Shown piece by piece: positions 45,633-62,234 of a stretch of 64,000 nucleotides of DNA. The notes under the pieces were generated by a model. The model was not told the origin of the DNA, searched no databases, and worked only from the letters and a program-made list of their open reading frames with translations. Within the stretch, counting starts at the first letter, position 1. Every line of letters begins with the position of its first letter. The position numbers were made by a program, and so were the translations under genes. The DNA is taken from the NCBI RefSeq assembly GCF_009914755.1, contig NC_060939.1; one strand, 5' to 3'. Source of the DNA: the human T2T-CHM13v2.0 reference genome, Homo sapiens.

Positions 45633-46305
45633 CTTTACCAGCTTATTAGAAGCCAGTGGGTTAAGCATTGACCTTTAACTTTGGCTTTTCATCTGCTGTC
45701 AAAAAATAGAACTGCCTAACTACTTTTATACTTCCTGTGATACAAGATGATTGAGGAAAGACAGGGAAATGCAAAGAGAGAGGTACCAGGAATAGAACAT
45801 TGTTAACAGCTGGCATGCCCTGACTCAGGGAATGGAGGGGTATTTAGCCTGTGGATGCTAAGGATGTATAGAATATTTACCAATTCTCAGAGTCTCTAAG
45901 GCCTTCTGTGAGTTATCCATGGTTTAGACACATGTCTGGATTAAAGAGTTACTGTTACTTTCCTCTGCTTTCACATAAAACTTCCTTAAAGCTGTGACAA
46001 CAATTCTGGGGTAGAGGGATGAGGTTTTATCCAGCAGTTGCATTGCTTTCTTTCTAAAAGACTTTCAAATGCAGCTAAAACACGTGGAGGTAGTACTTCC
46101 GAATGCATGTGAGTGAATATCACTTTATAGTTTGCAAAACACTTTTTATATAATTGGTTCTTAGAATTACTTGATTCCTGGAATCAACATTTTTTCCTTC
46201 TGAGATTGTAAGCAAAGGTCTGGCTCCCACTTCTGAATCCCTCATTCAGCTAGGCAGAATTAACACATCTTTCCCCTTCTTCCACTTGTGCTTTCTTGAC
46301 CTCAG

Positions 46306-46585
46306 GATGACGAGGTGCATCACTGAACATCCAGCCCCCGACCAGGGACCTATTCAGAAGCACGAACTGCAGGCTGTGTCCCACCATGGATCACATTCAG
46401 CCCAGACTCAGCTCCTTCTGCAACCCTGCCAAAGAGCCTACGAATGACGGCCCCATAGCCCAGGCCACTCTATTAATGAAGAAGAGTGCACTGGGACACT
46501 TGAGGAGAACCTGTTTTGTCTCATGTTTTTGAAGCAAGAGTAAAAAATGGAATGCCTCAAAATGCTACAATCCCTCTATATTCAG
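46306..46585 (+). other. Candidate exon (lncRNA or alternative terminal exon)
   Basis: Branch-like ttaac, ~40-nt pyrimidine tract, cag|G acceptor; cag|gtgagg donor at 46585; ATTAAA at 46630. Confidence 0.4.
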
Positions 46586-46757
46586 GTGAGGGAGATTCTT
46601 GTAATTCTGTGGGTTATGACATGATATCCATTAAATTATAAGAACTATGGATAAAATTATTAATATTTTCAAAAGACAATGTTTTAGGAAATATCCCATT
46701 CAAATCAGTAACAAGGGTTATAAAATGCCAGTAATAAACTTAAGAAATGGGGAAGAT

Positions 46758-47146
<389 letters not shown>

Positions 47147-47186
47147 TCAGTTACAAAGACGTTCACCTTCTCAAAGTGCTCTAGAG

Positions 47187-47525
47187 CACGGGTTCCCAAC
47201 CCCGGGGCCATGGACCCGTGCTGGCAGTGGCCTGTCAGGAACCGGGCTGCACAGCAGCAGGTGAGTGGCTGGTGAGCAAGCATTACCGCCTGAGCTCCGC
47301 CTCCTGTAAGATCAAAGCAGCACTAGATTCCCATAGAAGCACAAAGCCCATTGTGAACCGAATATACGCAGGATCCAGGCTGTGCGCTTCTAATGAGAAT
47401 CTAATACCGATTATCTGAGGTGGAACAGTTTTCTCCCAAAACCATCCCCACTCCACACCCCAGGCTGCAGAAAAGCTGTCTTCCACGAAACCGGTCCCTG
47501 GTGCCAAAAAGGTTGGGGACTGCTG
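47187..47525. mobile_element. MER1B-like hAT element (opposite orientation to the 11293 copy)
   Basis: TIRs cacgggttcccaac...gttggggactgctg; perfect 8-bp TSD ctctagag. Confidence 0.92.
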
Positions 47526-48099
47526 CTCTAGAGGGTTCATGCTACTCCAACCAAAGTTCCAAAGAGATTTTCTTATGGAACTTTGACACATTGATTCTAA
47601 ATTTTATCTGGAAGAGTAAATGAGTATAAATTGCCAAGAACTCACTTAAAAAGGAATTTAATTAGTAAAGTCTTGCCAAAAATAAAAATTAAAACATATT
47701 CCGAAACTAGAGTAATTATAGAATGTGGTACTAGCAACTGGTTTAGGAATAAAGAAAAGGATCAAGGAAACAGAAGAGGCTAGAAACATATGATAGATAT
47801 GAATTTAACATAAGATAAAGGTGGCACTTCACAACAGGAGACAAAGAATGCACCAGTGAATAAATTATTTTTAAGACCACTAACCATGCATTTGGAAAAA
47901 ATTATACCCCTCACACCAGAAAAGTAAATTTCGGGTGACATAAGGAGCTAAAATTTAAAAATACAAAAAAGTTCTAGAGAAAATATGTATGTAATTACAT
48001 AATTTGGGGTTAAGGAAGACAATCTAGGAAAAGAAAAACACCCTGCTGCTTATGATCCAAGACCCACGTCATTTTCAATTCCACACAGCTGTAAAGCAG

Positions 48100-48235
48100 C
48101 GGCTCTCCTATCAGTTTTTCCACTGGAATCACCTGGAACCCTGGTGAAAAACAGATTTTGAAGCCTCATCCCAAACCTGCTGAATCACCTCCTCAGGTGG
48201 TTTTGATGCCTCGCCATGTTTTGGAGGCCTCTGGT
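48100..48235. mobile_element. MER5-family fragment
   Basis: ggaatcacctgga...aaaacagatt...ccaaacctgctgaatca. Confidence 0.55.
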
Positions 48236-48549
48236 CTAGGGTCAATGCCACAGTGGGGAGGAGGTAAGAGAATGCAGGTGGTAAAACTACCATAGCCTTG
48301 ACAGCGATGAAACCCCCCAGGTGCTAGTCACACAAAGGCTTACCTTTTGTAAAGTCCCCTGGGAACTAGTTTCCTATTTATTCAAGTCAGCTGTATTAAA
48401 TAATACCCTCCCTAACCAAAAACGCCAAAACCACAAAACTTCCTAAGTTACATGGTGTGTTGCAGCATGGCAAAAATACATCCTGATCAGTTTGCATTTG
48501 GTGTTGCATCAAATTATGGCATAGCCCACAATGCTTAAACATCCATCAA

Positions 48550-49043
<494 letters not shown>

Positions 49044-50943
49044 GAGTTCAATATCTTAATGAGACACAAAAGCTTAAAGGGTCTAACACAAGGCAGAACA
49101 TGATGCATGAGGTAAGAACATTTCAAACTAGGTGCCATGGACATATGGAAGAGGAAGGTGACTATCTGGGAAGGCTTGGGGGTCCAGGGGAGGGAATTTT
49201 GTTGAGCCTAGATCTAGAAACTGATCTAAGACTTGGACATGATGGAAGGACACCCAGGCAAGGGGAAAAAAGGGGATCATTTGAAACCTTATTAATAGTA
49301 ATTATTAATTAGTAATTATTTCATTTTCCTCCCATAACTTCCCATATAAACATCTTAGGTATATATGCATATGCCTCCTATATTTTTTCTATTTGCAATT
49401 ATAATTTTCTAATGATTTTGTCATACTGCATATGAAATGGATATAATTATGTCTTTAGCTTCTAGACAAGGCTGTGATTCCTCTAGCTCAGGGTTAAGGC
49501 AGAAAAGGGTGTCTTTCCTCCACTCCCAGTAATGCACTATTAGCAATCTACCATATAAAAAAGGGTAAACTGAACCCACTCTATTCAGAAAATTTCAACT
49601 CACAAACCTTCTTTAAATTACCCAGCGAGTTAGGGAGGAGGATGATGAGAAATCATCCTCATCCTTGCCAAGAATTTTTTCAAATAAGCAAACTATCCTG
49701 CCCAAATTCAGTGAATGCATTACTAATTAATTTCGTTCTGTGATGTCTGTTCTACATGATGATGATATAACTTTCTGCAAAACAAAAACTGAGGCACTCT
49801 ACATCTGCCATCCATCCCTCCCCAAACTAGGAGATATGAAAGTTTGAGGCTGAGCAGGTCAAGCAGGGATGTGTCTGTTTTCTTGAACCATTTCTAACCT
49901 TACTCAATTATTTCCAACTGAAGCATTTCCTTAACAGGCAACATGCAACTCTTTCAAAGACAATCTATTAAAAGACTGGAGAGAAATGATATCATTTCCC
50001 TAAAATTTAGTGAGCCAGGACTTGAACAGGTTTGTTAGAAAAACACTAATGCGGTAACTCTATTATTGCCTCTAACTTTAGGGCGATGTGGTAGTCAGAA
50101 AGGAGGGGTGGCTAGAACAGAGCCTCAGCCACAACCAGGTTGTGGTGCGTTACATAGTCCCAATGGTGGTATCTAAGGCATTTTATAATTTTCTTATTAA
50201 TTGTCAATACATCACCACTTGAATGAAAAGAGAATGGAAGCTATTCTTACTTCATTTTTTAACAAATGAAACTGAAGTACAGTTAAGTAATTTGTTCTAC
50301 TCAGTTCCAGGAAACAATGTGGGGAGGAGGGCCTCCTTCCCTGATCACCAGGCAGGCTCCTGCCTTTCCTCAGGGTGGAAGAGATCCACTGCTGCTGTCT
50401 GCTGACTCACCTTCACACTCCAGCTAGAGGATACACTGACTCACAGTTTCATTACCTTCTATTCACCATGACTGTAGTCGTAGACACTCAGAAATGGGAG
50501 TTCCAAGAACTGAGCAGGAGAAGGAAAAGAATGTAGATGAAATTGAAAAGGATAAAGGGTACAGCCTCTATCATTGAATAAACCAGAAAAGACACAGGAG
50601 AATGTAGTGTCTGCCCTCAGAGACTACATGCATTACTGAGAGGAAAGTGGGGAGAGGAGGCCTGATCCACAGCTAACCATAATTCCCCAATATGAACTGC
50701 CAGATAACCAGGGAATGTCGAGAGTGTACAGGAATGTGGGAAGGCCAAAGGGAAAGATGGTGAATTCTGAAAAATATAAAGAAATGTAAATTATCTCTGA
50801 TCTCAAGAGGCTTACAGTCTACTTGGGCTGTAAGAGACTGTGTGAAAACAGATAACAATGCAAGATGACATAGTTTAGTCACAAATAAATAACTCTATGG
50901 TAAGGGCCACAATTTGGAGAAGGGAATGATCTCCACGAGTTAA

Positions 50944-51311
<368 letters not shown>

Positions 51312-51434
51312 TTACTTGGTTTTTTAAGGATTCAGATGAACAGGAAAAAAGGGAAGGGAAATCTAGTCACAGGAAATGGCCTGACCAAGGAGTGTATTCT
51401 AGGCAGACTATAAAACATAAACCTGAGAATAAGT

Positions 51435-51900
51435 TCATTCGTTCATTCAATCAATATTTAGTGAAAATCCACTGTGTACAAGCACTGTGCTAGGAGCTAA
51501 TAGCAGGAACAAGGCATGTAGGCTGCCCTCACGGAATTTATTTGAGAAGGACTACTGGAAAATAGAGTTGGATAAATGCAACCAGTAATTGGTTTAATTT
51601 AGACCGTAATGCATTTTGGTCTTTAGACTGTTCCCAGTAGGAACTGAGAGTTTTTGAGGAAGAGTGACAGATGCAAAGCCGTGTTACTAGAAGATGATTG
51701 CGCTGATGCTATTTCTGTGAATTACCGGGGGATAAGAGTGAAGACCACTTAAGAAACGCTTATAATGTTCCCAGTGTAAGACAATGCACATCCAAACTAG
51801 GGTGGCCACTGTGAAAAGGAAGGGGGAGTCCTGTGAAGATATACTCACAGGACGTTTGGAAATGGCAGGAGCAAGGCAGGGATGGGAACAACAGACAAAG
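51435..51900 (-). mobile_element. L2 fragments
   Basis: ttcattcgttcattcaatcaatatttagtg...gcactgtgctagg (L2 3' end) plus degenerate internal L2. Confidence 0.6.
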
Positions 51901-52471
51901 ACACTACTGTCTCCAGCATAGATGCCTGGGGGAATTCTAAAAGGAAAACCAGGTAGGAGTAAAAGGTAAGGTGCAGTTCTCCAGCGCCAGGACTGGAGTG
52001 TTCTGAAGGCTGGGCTCTTTTCAATGCCCTTCTCTATTTTCATGCTATTGATCGTCCCCATTCTGGATCTCTTTCTTCCTCTCTGGCCTGACAAAATCTG
52101 TTCTCACCCTCTTTAGGAGAAGGTTTGATAGACTAGTTCAGAGGGATCAGTAATGGGAGAAAGTATAGCATGGACAGCAGCCGTGGAAGAGGCACCCCGG
52201 GTTGATAGGTTTTCCAAGCATGCTGTCGGCAACAGCCTATTCTGTGCATCTCCTTAAGGATAGCTGGACTCCCTCCAGAATTGTCCAGGAGAAAAGTTTC
52301 CCTCGATTCCACTTGGAAGAATCGCTCTTTAATTTTTGGTTGAGCAGGATAATTAGAGATGATTGAGTCGCATATCTGAAAGCTTGGGATATTTGGCACG
52401 TCCCTAACCTTGGAAGATGATATCCTGGAGGGCGGCCATCACACTTCCTCTGGGGAAGTGTCCCTGTGCCG

Positions 52472-52605
52472 TAGTGCTTTGCAATCATCTAGAGACCTTG
52501 TTAAAACACAGATCTGCAATCAGGTGTGGGTGGGACCTGAAGTTCTGCATTTCTAATAATATCCCAGGGATGCCCACGCTATTAGTCCGTGGACCCACAA
52601 CCTAA
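52472..52605. mobile_element. MER5A1-like fragment
   Basis: cttgttaaaacacagat...gggtgggacctgaagttctgcatttctaa...ggacccaca. Confidence 0.65.
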
Positions 52606-52644
52606 ATACGCATGTGTCTAGAAGCAAACAGCTCCTCTTCTAAG

Positions 52645-52785
52645 CAGACCTTAGATTCAGATGACCAGGAGTTTAAATCCCCTCTCTGCCACTTTTCAGA
52701 TGGGTGACCTTAAACACGGTACCTAACTCATTTTCCTCATCTGTAAACCAAGGAAAATACTAATATGTACTTTAAAGTAGATACA
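52645..52785 (+). mobile_element. MIR
   Basis: gtttaaatcccctctctgccact...gggtgacctt...tttcctcatctgtaaa. Confidence 0.75.
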
Positions 52786-53298
52786 AATGCTGGATGATAT
52801 AGAAGTGGTTTCTTAGTAATCACTAGTTCCAATAGCAGATTCTCTTCTATTCAACAGTGTGTTAAACTGTTAAATTCACGGAAGCATACCCAGCCCCCCT
52901 CAAAGGCTCTAAGGTCTGCAGAAGGAATTACCAAGAAAGCAAAGCACAGAACTCCCTCAGAAACTGGAGGAGCCATTGAAAACTCTTTATCACCATGTAA
53001 TCCTGTACAATCACAAGCACTTCCGAAAACAGCATTATCCTGTATTTGTCTGAGTGATTTATAACGTTAAGATCGACCACATGATTTCCTAGCTCTAAAT
53101 TTCCCAAACTCCGGTTTGCAGGGAAAGGAAGCATTTCTTTTCTAAGGAAGTCAGCACACCTAGATCTAGCCAACAGCAGTTGATTTTTAAGTTTCTTCAA
53201 CCTTCACATTTCCCTTTCTCAAAAGTTGGATCCCACCTGCATTAAAAACTACTGTCCTAGCACATTACAAAGTTATTCAATCTAAAATGTCTTGTTTA

Positions 53299-53526
<228 letters not shown>

Positions 53527-53583
53527 TTACAACACGAACCAGAATAGTCTTATACTGGATTCTTTGTCAAAGGTGAAGAAACA

Positions 53584-53896
<313 letters not shown>

Positions 53897-55771
53897 CGCA
53901 AAGGTAAAGAAACCTCTACATTTTGAAAAGCAAACCACAGCTCTGTAAAAGCGAAATTTTTGTCCTGTTAAATATCACCATTCCCTTGTACACATTAATC
54001 TTTTAACTCCCAAAACCTAAAGCATGTGAACATAAATAGGCTCCAAAATAATCTAGAGTTTGTGTGTACAGATAGAAAAAATGTGCATATTTTATTTTTA
54101 AAATTACTCTCACTTTCTCTACCACACACTAAGAAAAACCCCCATTTGGAGAAAGCCACACCCTTCACTAACGGCTCGATCAACCTTTCAAAACAACATG
54201 AAGGGCAAACATTAAGAGCCATTCAAAACCAAGGGAAATGACAATACAGTTGAAAAAAGTTCTCTGAATGTAAATGAAGCTACTGGAATTTGTGGGGAGC
54301 AGAATAAACAAAACAATTAAGCCATTAGCCTGTCTCCTTTGAGACCGTCCTGGCCTTTGGAGGAGAGCAATACCAGATTCCTCTAGCACAGGTGGATGGC
54401 ACGTTGGCTTAAGGAAAAACAAAGGCAGCAAATCCTCGTCTTTAAACCAGAACAGACACAACCTTGGTCAGGAAATTTTACATTCTGAAAGTCCGTATCA
54501 CCTAACAAGGAAAACCTTCTTATCCTGGCCATGAATCTAGCAGTGATCTTTCATATCAGCAAAAGCAGCCTAACCACTCCCCCACAAACGTCAGAAAAGC
54601 CCTCGCTTGGGGTCACAGGCCTGGGTGTCCTCAGGTGGCAGAACTCGAACAGACTGCTGCCTCCATGCCAGGTGGGCACCTGGCATGTGAACCTAAATGT
54701 GATAATAAATATCAGGCTCCAAAATGGTGCCCAGGTGGGCACCATTGCAATGGCTCTTTGTTCGGAGTTGGGAGCTTTTGAACGGATAGTGGTGAATTTG
54801 GTTTCCATTTTGACCTGGAAAGAGTAGCTCCACCCCTTGTGGGGACAGGTCAGGACTGGTTGTGTGATCTCAGGTAATTATAATTACCTAGCCTCTCAAC
54901 TGAAGGGGCGTTAGTAGGAAAGGAGTGAGAAACAGGTAGAAACCTTCCCAGCCTACCAGCTTCCCTCCACAGCTACCCCCTCCTGCAGGAGCCCCACCGA
55001 ACCACTAATATCCTGTTCTGTGAAAAGAAAACTCAAAAGGAAGCCCTAGTGGTTTTATCTGAGGGGGCTACTTTTATCTTTGAAAACTATTTCCAGTTTA
55101 CAATTAGTTGTCTCCTTTAATCCGCTGGCTCTCATCAATCACTCATTCACTGGCGGCTGCCTTGCTGCCACCAAGTTGAATTGGAGGGTTTTCAGTCCTC
55201 TGGGCACTTTTGGTCTAGTGGGGAACAGTTGTTCAATTCAGCAAAGTTGCCAATTCTACCCCATGCCAGAAATACAAACACAAACCATGAGCATGACAGT
55301 GTCCCTCTCCGTCGTGACTTTCCAACCAAGGAGGATGGAATAATAAATATTAAAAATATCACTCAAAAACTTCCAATTGGCAGGAGGGCCCCAATTTACC
55401 TTGCCTGTCTCAACTCCTCCATTCCTTGTCTACAAGCCACTGGCAATTCCTCCTTCCAAATGTTCTAACTGGTGGTGATCTACATATCTTTCCAGATACT
55501 ACAGGTTACCTACTCCTGCCACTCACGTGGGAGGCTATTTCTTTTACCCTTCTGTAGAGCTTAGGATACTTCACCCAGCCACCTGGAGCTGGAAATGGAC
55601 TCTAAAAAGCTCAAAAAGTGCAAATCTGCCAATTTTTCACTTGAGTTCCAGAACAAAGATTTTATGCGCACAGTTTGACCCTGCCAGTCTTAGTTTCACT
55701 AAGCATTTTAAACATCCAAATTCAACCTGTCCTTCAAAACCACATGCAATTTTAAAAAGCAAATTGTCTAA

Positions 55772-56140
<369 letters not shown>

Positions 56141-56695
56141 TAGGCATCTACACTTGTGAAAATCACTGGCAACATATACAACAGATTCTGTTTTCTAGGA
56201 GAACTACCTTTTGTTAAACAGTTGCACGGGGAAGGCGTTTGCCCCATTTTCAACATTATAGCTGCTGCTGAGTGAAGAAAGGCATCATGACTGCAGATTG
56301 CTTTCTACTGCCTTCCAGGGACAAGCCACCTGGCTTTCAGGTGCCCTTTTAAGTGTCTTTTTATCACCTGTCTCCTCTCTGTCCTCACCATTCCATCTTT
56401 CCGAAGGGCAAGCACAACGGAGTGGGGAGTGACACACATCAGACAAGGTTCCAACGAAAATGAAAGGCTTGCGACATTCAAATCACAGGGTGCTTTCACC
56501 TATTCATTCACTCCTGTTCATTCTATCAGCTGAGTACCCACGAGCAGCAGTTTTTTGGAGTAGATTTTAAGAATGCTCCACCTTGTAGGCAGTTCTGCAT
56601 CCTACTTTTGTCCCTCAAGGAAAAGACCTGGGGGTAGTTTTAAAGATTGTATACTGATGCATAACAAAAAGAAATACAAACATTTTTCCCATTAA

Positions 56696-57318
<623 letters not shown>

Positions 57319-57531
57319 TAAGTTTTAAAATAGTATCATATACTCAAGTATTGGAAGTCAAGAAACAATGAGGGGAGGTGGGAATGGGGAGAGGAGAGGC
57401 TGGGATACAAAGCTGAACGAGAAAGGATTCTACCTGAAAAGTAACTGATCAGAAGGAAAGACAAAATGCACATTAGCAATTATAAGATCTTTATAGATAA
57501 AGTGCTCATGAGATTTTGAAGAAGGAGATAA

Positions 57532-57856
<325 letters not shown>

Positions 57857-58312
57857 TAATTTTCAATGATGAGGCTCAAGAAGGCAGAGTTAAGGCTGGT
57901 TTAAAAGAAGAATTAGACTGACGGGATGGAGAGGGGGAGGAATTGATTCCAGCCAGACACAAGCTGAAGATGGAGAACATCTAAGCCTGAAAGGGAAACA
58001 CCAAGTGGATGAATTTGGTCAGCTGATATAGGTGAGTGTAGCCACACTGCAGAGGTGGAATCACAGGACTTGGCAAGTGGTAGAATGTCACAATTCACTA
58101 CATCTTAATTGGAGCATATAAAATTCACTTTTGTCAACTGACACTTAAATACAACTGCTGCAAAAAACTGAAGACTCTTGACTCATAGCCCCAAACAAAG
58201 AGGATGATGTCTCCTTGTCTCCATAGAGCAGACAATGCTTGCCACATTGTCCTCCATGCTTGCTTGGAGAGTTGCTAAGCAGGGCTGGACCAAGGAGTAT
58301 CAAGAGAGCCTT

Positions 58313-58394
58313 AGGGAAGAGGAGGAGGAGGACAAAAAGGAGAAAGAGGAAGAGGAGGATGAGGAGGAAGAGGAGGATGAGGAGGAGGAGAGAG
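58313..58394. repeat. GA-rich/(GAG)n low-complexity purine tract
   Basis: gaggaggaggac...gaggaagaggaggat repeated. Confidence 0.9.
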
Positions 58395-59243
58395 CTCCCT
58401 TTGGTTTACTGGCCTTACTTATGTTTCCTCACTTCTCAGCAGGTGCAAACTATGTCTCCTGCCTTCTCCAGCTCTCCTCATCCTTTCCAAGTCCAGATGA
58501 ATGCTTCAAGGAGAGGATGGACAAGAGGCCTTGTGGGGAAAGAAAAGGACACTAGTTGGAAGATGGGTTTGGGGTGTGAGGGTGTGTGAGAGAAAGAGCT
58601 AGAAGGAAAAGGCCATCCCAGTTTTTCTACACCCCAAGCCCTAGTTCTAGATCATAGAAACAAAGCACAGAAATCTGCTCCAGAGTCCAGATATTAAGGC
58701 CCAGCAATTTCTTATGTCAACTATTAAATACTAATTTTCTAATTAATATCAATGTATCCTCACCAGGAAAATGGGTTTTCAATTATTTATATAAAGTAAA
58801 AACTTTATGTCCCTGACATATTTATTTGGAGTCTGTATTGAATGCATTTCTCTTTGTGATCACAGAAAAATTTACCACTTTGAACCTCTCTTCTAATACA
58901 CCATTATGTTTGATTTTCAAACATTTCCAGTAAAAGCAGGTTTACGACCATAATTCCTGAACTGTGGGTTAAGAGACTTGTATTCTAGGGACAACTCTGC
59001 TATTAACTTGCCAAGTAACTGAGAGACCTAGGTCAGGCTACCACAGTTCCCTGGACCTTAAAGGGTCACTTGGGGAGACCATGAACCACATTGGGGATTT
59101 ATGAATCTTTTTCCCAGGAAAAAATTCACTTAAGAATGAATATGGACACAAACAATTTCATAGACTACCCTGGAAGTGGTCTCCAGGATACTTCTCATCT
59201 TGACATTCTATATTTAAAGCTATTTGGTCACTGAAAGAAACAA

Positions 59244-59720
59244 GGTTGGGCACAGTAGCTGTCACCTATAATCCCAGCATTTTGGGCCACCAAGGCAGGA
59301 GAATCGCTGGAGACCAGGAGTTCTAGACTAGCCTGAGCAACAAAGTGAGACCCTGTAAAAAATATATATATTTTACATACATATATATATATGTATGTGT
59401 ATATATATATAATATATATATATTTTTTTTTTTTTAATTAGCTAGGCATGGCAGTTCATGCCTGTAGTCCCAGATACTCAAGAGGCTGAGATGGGAGGCT
59501 CTCTTGAGCCTAGGAGGTTGAGGCTACAGTGAGACAAGATCACACCACTGCACTTCAGCCTGGATGGCAGAGCAAGACCCTGTCAAAAAAGAAAGAGGCT
59601 GCATGCGGTGGCTCACACCTGTAATCCCAGCACTTTGGGAGGCTGAGATAGGAGGATCACTTGAGGCCAGGAGTTTGAGACCAGCCTGGGCAACACAGCA
59701 AGACCTCATCTCTAAAAAGA
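59244..59720 (+). mobile_element. AluJ with (TA)n-expanded linker, followed by a left monomer
   Basis: Left arm, AT repeat 59357-59434, right arm to about 59595, FLAM 59597-59720. Confidence 0.9.
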
Positions 59721-60054
59721 GGAAGAGGGGAAGGGAGGCAGGGAGGGAGGGATATTATTTTCCATAGCCATTACCATGATACATATGATACTGCCTAGGT
59801 AGAGCTGGGACTGTAGGGTGGGGAACCAATGCTGTCCTGCACACTGAAACTATGAATGCCAAGATATCACTGCCAGATCCTTCTGTGGATGAGGCTGGGC
59901 CAAGCTTGAAGAAGTCCCCTCAGTGGCTGGAGATGCCTACAGCGTTCTATAAAACAAAGCCACTCCTATTAAAACTTAAAGGGAAGCTATTTGCTTTGGT
60001 TCTCTGAGTATATCTCTTCTTTCAGTCCAATGAGCAGTTAGTGTCTAGCTTTGC

Positions 60055-60240
60055 TCTATGTGAAAGCCAATATAATATGGAGATATTTATGGATGAAATG
60101 GTATGCTATCTAGGATTTGCTTCTAAAGAAACCAGGGGAAGATAAGAACAGTGAAATCAAGATTGGTCATGAGTTGTCAACGGCTGAAGTTGAGGGATTT
60201 GTTTTCTCTCCAACTTACTTATTTTTACATTTTTGATTGA
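60055..60240 (+). mobile_element. Ancient L1M 3' fragment
   Basis: atttatggatgaaatg...taggatttgcttc...aagattggtcatgagttg. Confidence 0.6.
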
Positions 60241-60999
60241 AAGACAGAACAGAAAGTCAAAGTGAAAGATCAGGAGGTCAAGGAATTTTTCACGTCCTGT
60301 ACAAGTCCTGGGCACGAAGCTAAACTAATCCTACTCGATTCACGTCTTGACGAGCCCACAGATAGCAAAATCTGTGGCTCACAGAATATGGAATTGACAC
60401 AGGGTTATTTTGAGAACCATCTTACAGTCCAAAAGACATGACTTTCAACCAAGGGGAAAAAAAAAAGAATTTTTGTCTGTGTGTGGAATGTCTTTCTTCA
60501 CATGGACAGCTCAGAGGTGGGCGAAAATGCAGAATTGGGCAGCAAGAAGTATTGTCCCCACCTTGGAAGGCCTGCATTCCCCTTTCTGTCCAGCAGGCCA
60601 TCGAGCCCAGCATGGTTTGGCATGATTCATTGCTCTCTAACTTTGGACTTAATGTAAAATGTTTGTTATTCTTGTAAAGCACCCTTTAGCAGATAGAAAA
60701 TGATTTTCCTTCTTGTTGTTAGCTTCTGTTTTTGCCCTTTTTTTCCCCCAACAAAAGACAGCAGTTTTAGAATGAGACTGAGCCTCATCACTACAAAAGG
60801 ACTTCAGCTCCGATTCCTCATGCCTTGCTTGGGAAAGCAGCAGCAGACAGAGCAGGAGCCATGCTGGCTTCTGTCAAACAAAGGGGTTCAGGGGATCAGC
60901 CAGAGAAAACTGGAGCTACCACTCAATCTATTCCTGCCTCCAAGTATTCCCGCAATGTAGGAAAGTTGACAGAAAAGGTTGAGGGTAGGGAACTGAATC

Positions 61000-61438
61000 T
61001 GAGCCTTTGGGCAGTCCTCTTCCACAGTGACTCTGGACTTGACAGTGTGACTTGCTTCAGCCAATGGGGATAATAGCAAGCATGACGCAAGCAAGGGTTG
61101 AAAAATGTGTGTGCCCTGGAGCTTGTACCCTTGCTTTTCTTGGGAACCCTGTGGTGTGACCACTACTATGTAAACAAGCCAGAGCTAGACTGTTGTGACA
61201 AGAGACACATGGCCAAGCCATCCCATGGCCCCAGCTGAGACTGGACCAACTACCAGACATGTGAGTGAGGCCACCCTAGATCATCCATTCCCAGCCAAGC
61301 CACTAGCTGACCACAGTGATTGAATGAACCAGCTGAGACCAGAACTGCCACGCCAGTGCACAAAATCATAAGAAAGTATAAACATTTATTATTTAAGTTA
61401 CTGAGTTTGGGTGATTGGTCACACCAAAAGCTAACACA
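61000..61438 (+). mobile_element. MaLR solo LTR (MLT1G/H-like)
   Basis: gtgtgacttgcttcagccaatggg...ccagacatgtgagtgaggcc...taagttactgagtttggg. Confidence 0.75.
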
Positions 61439-61914
61439 AGAAAAGGTGGCTAAGCAGAGCTAAGATGTATTGAACATTGGGAGACATATCCCCTAATGGC
61501 TCTTTACACAATAGTCAGTGGGACTCACTATTGATGCGACTGTATGTCAACTGTCATTGAAATAACCTGACATAGATCCAAAATTGACCATACTCCCTAA
61601 TACTCATTTCAAGACAATGTTAGTTGTAATTCTTGGAATGCTACTGTATGGGCTTCAGGGGTTTATAAACCTCCTGAAGTTAAATGAAGAATTATATGTA
61701 TTTTTTCATCTGAACTGAGAAAAGATGTTAAAACTACAGAGGATAACAAAGAAATATATATGTACAACTGCCTAGAATTAATAATATCTCATCATATTTG
61801 CTTTGGATTTTTCTATATGTAAAGCAAATAAAACATTACTGACTCAGTCGTCTCCCTTTCCTCTTTCCCCCTTCAGTATTTTGAACTTGGTGTGGATCTT
61901 TCTAGTCTGTGGAT

Positions 61915-62234
<320 letters not shown>

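Noticed and set aside
49638-49660. gaggatgat-gagaa-atcatcctc hairpin
   Set aside because: A 9-bp low-complexity stem is expected by chance in 64 kb
58235-58589. Poly-Glu and poly-Arg ORFs
   Set aside because: Produced by a GAG-rich simple repeat; no splice or homology support
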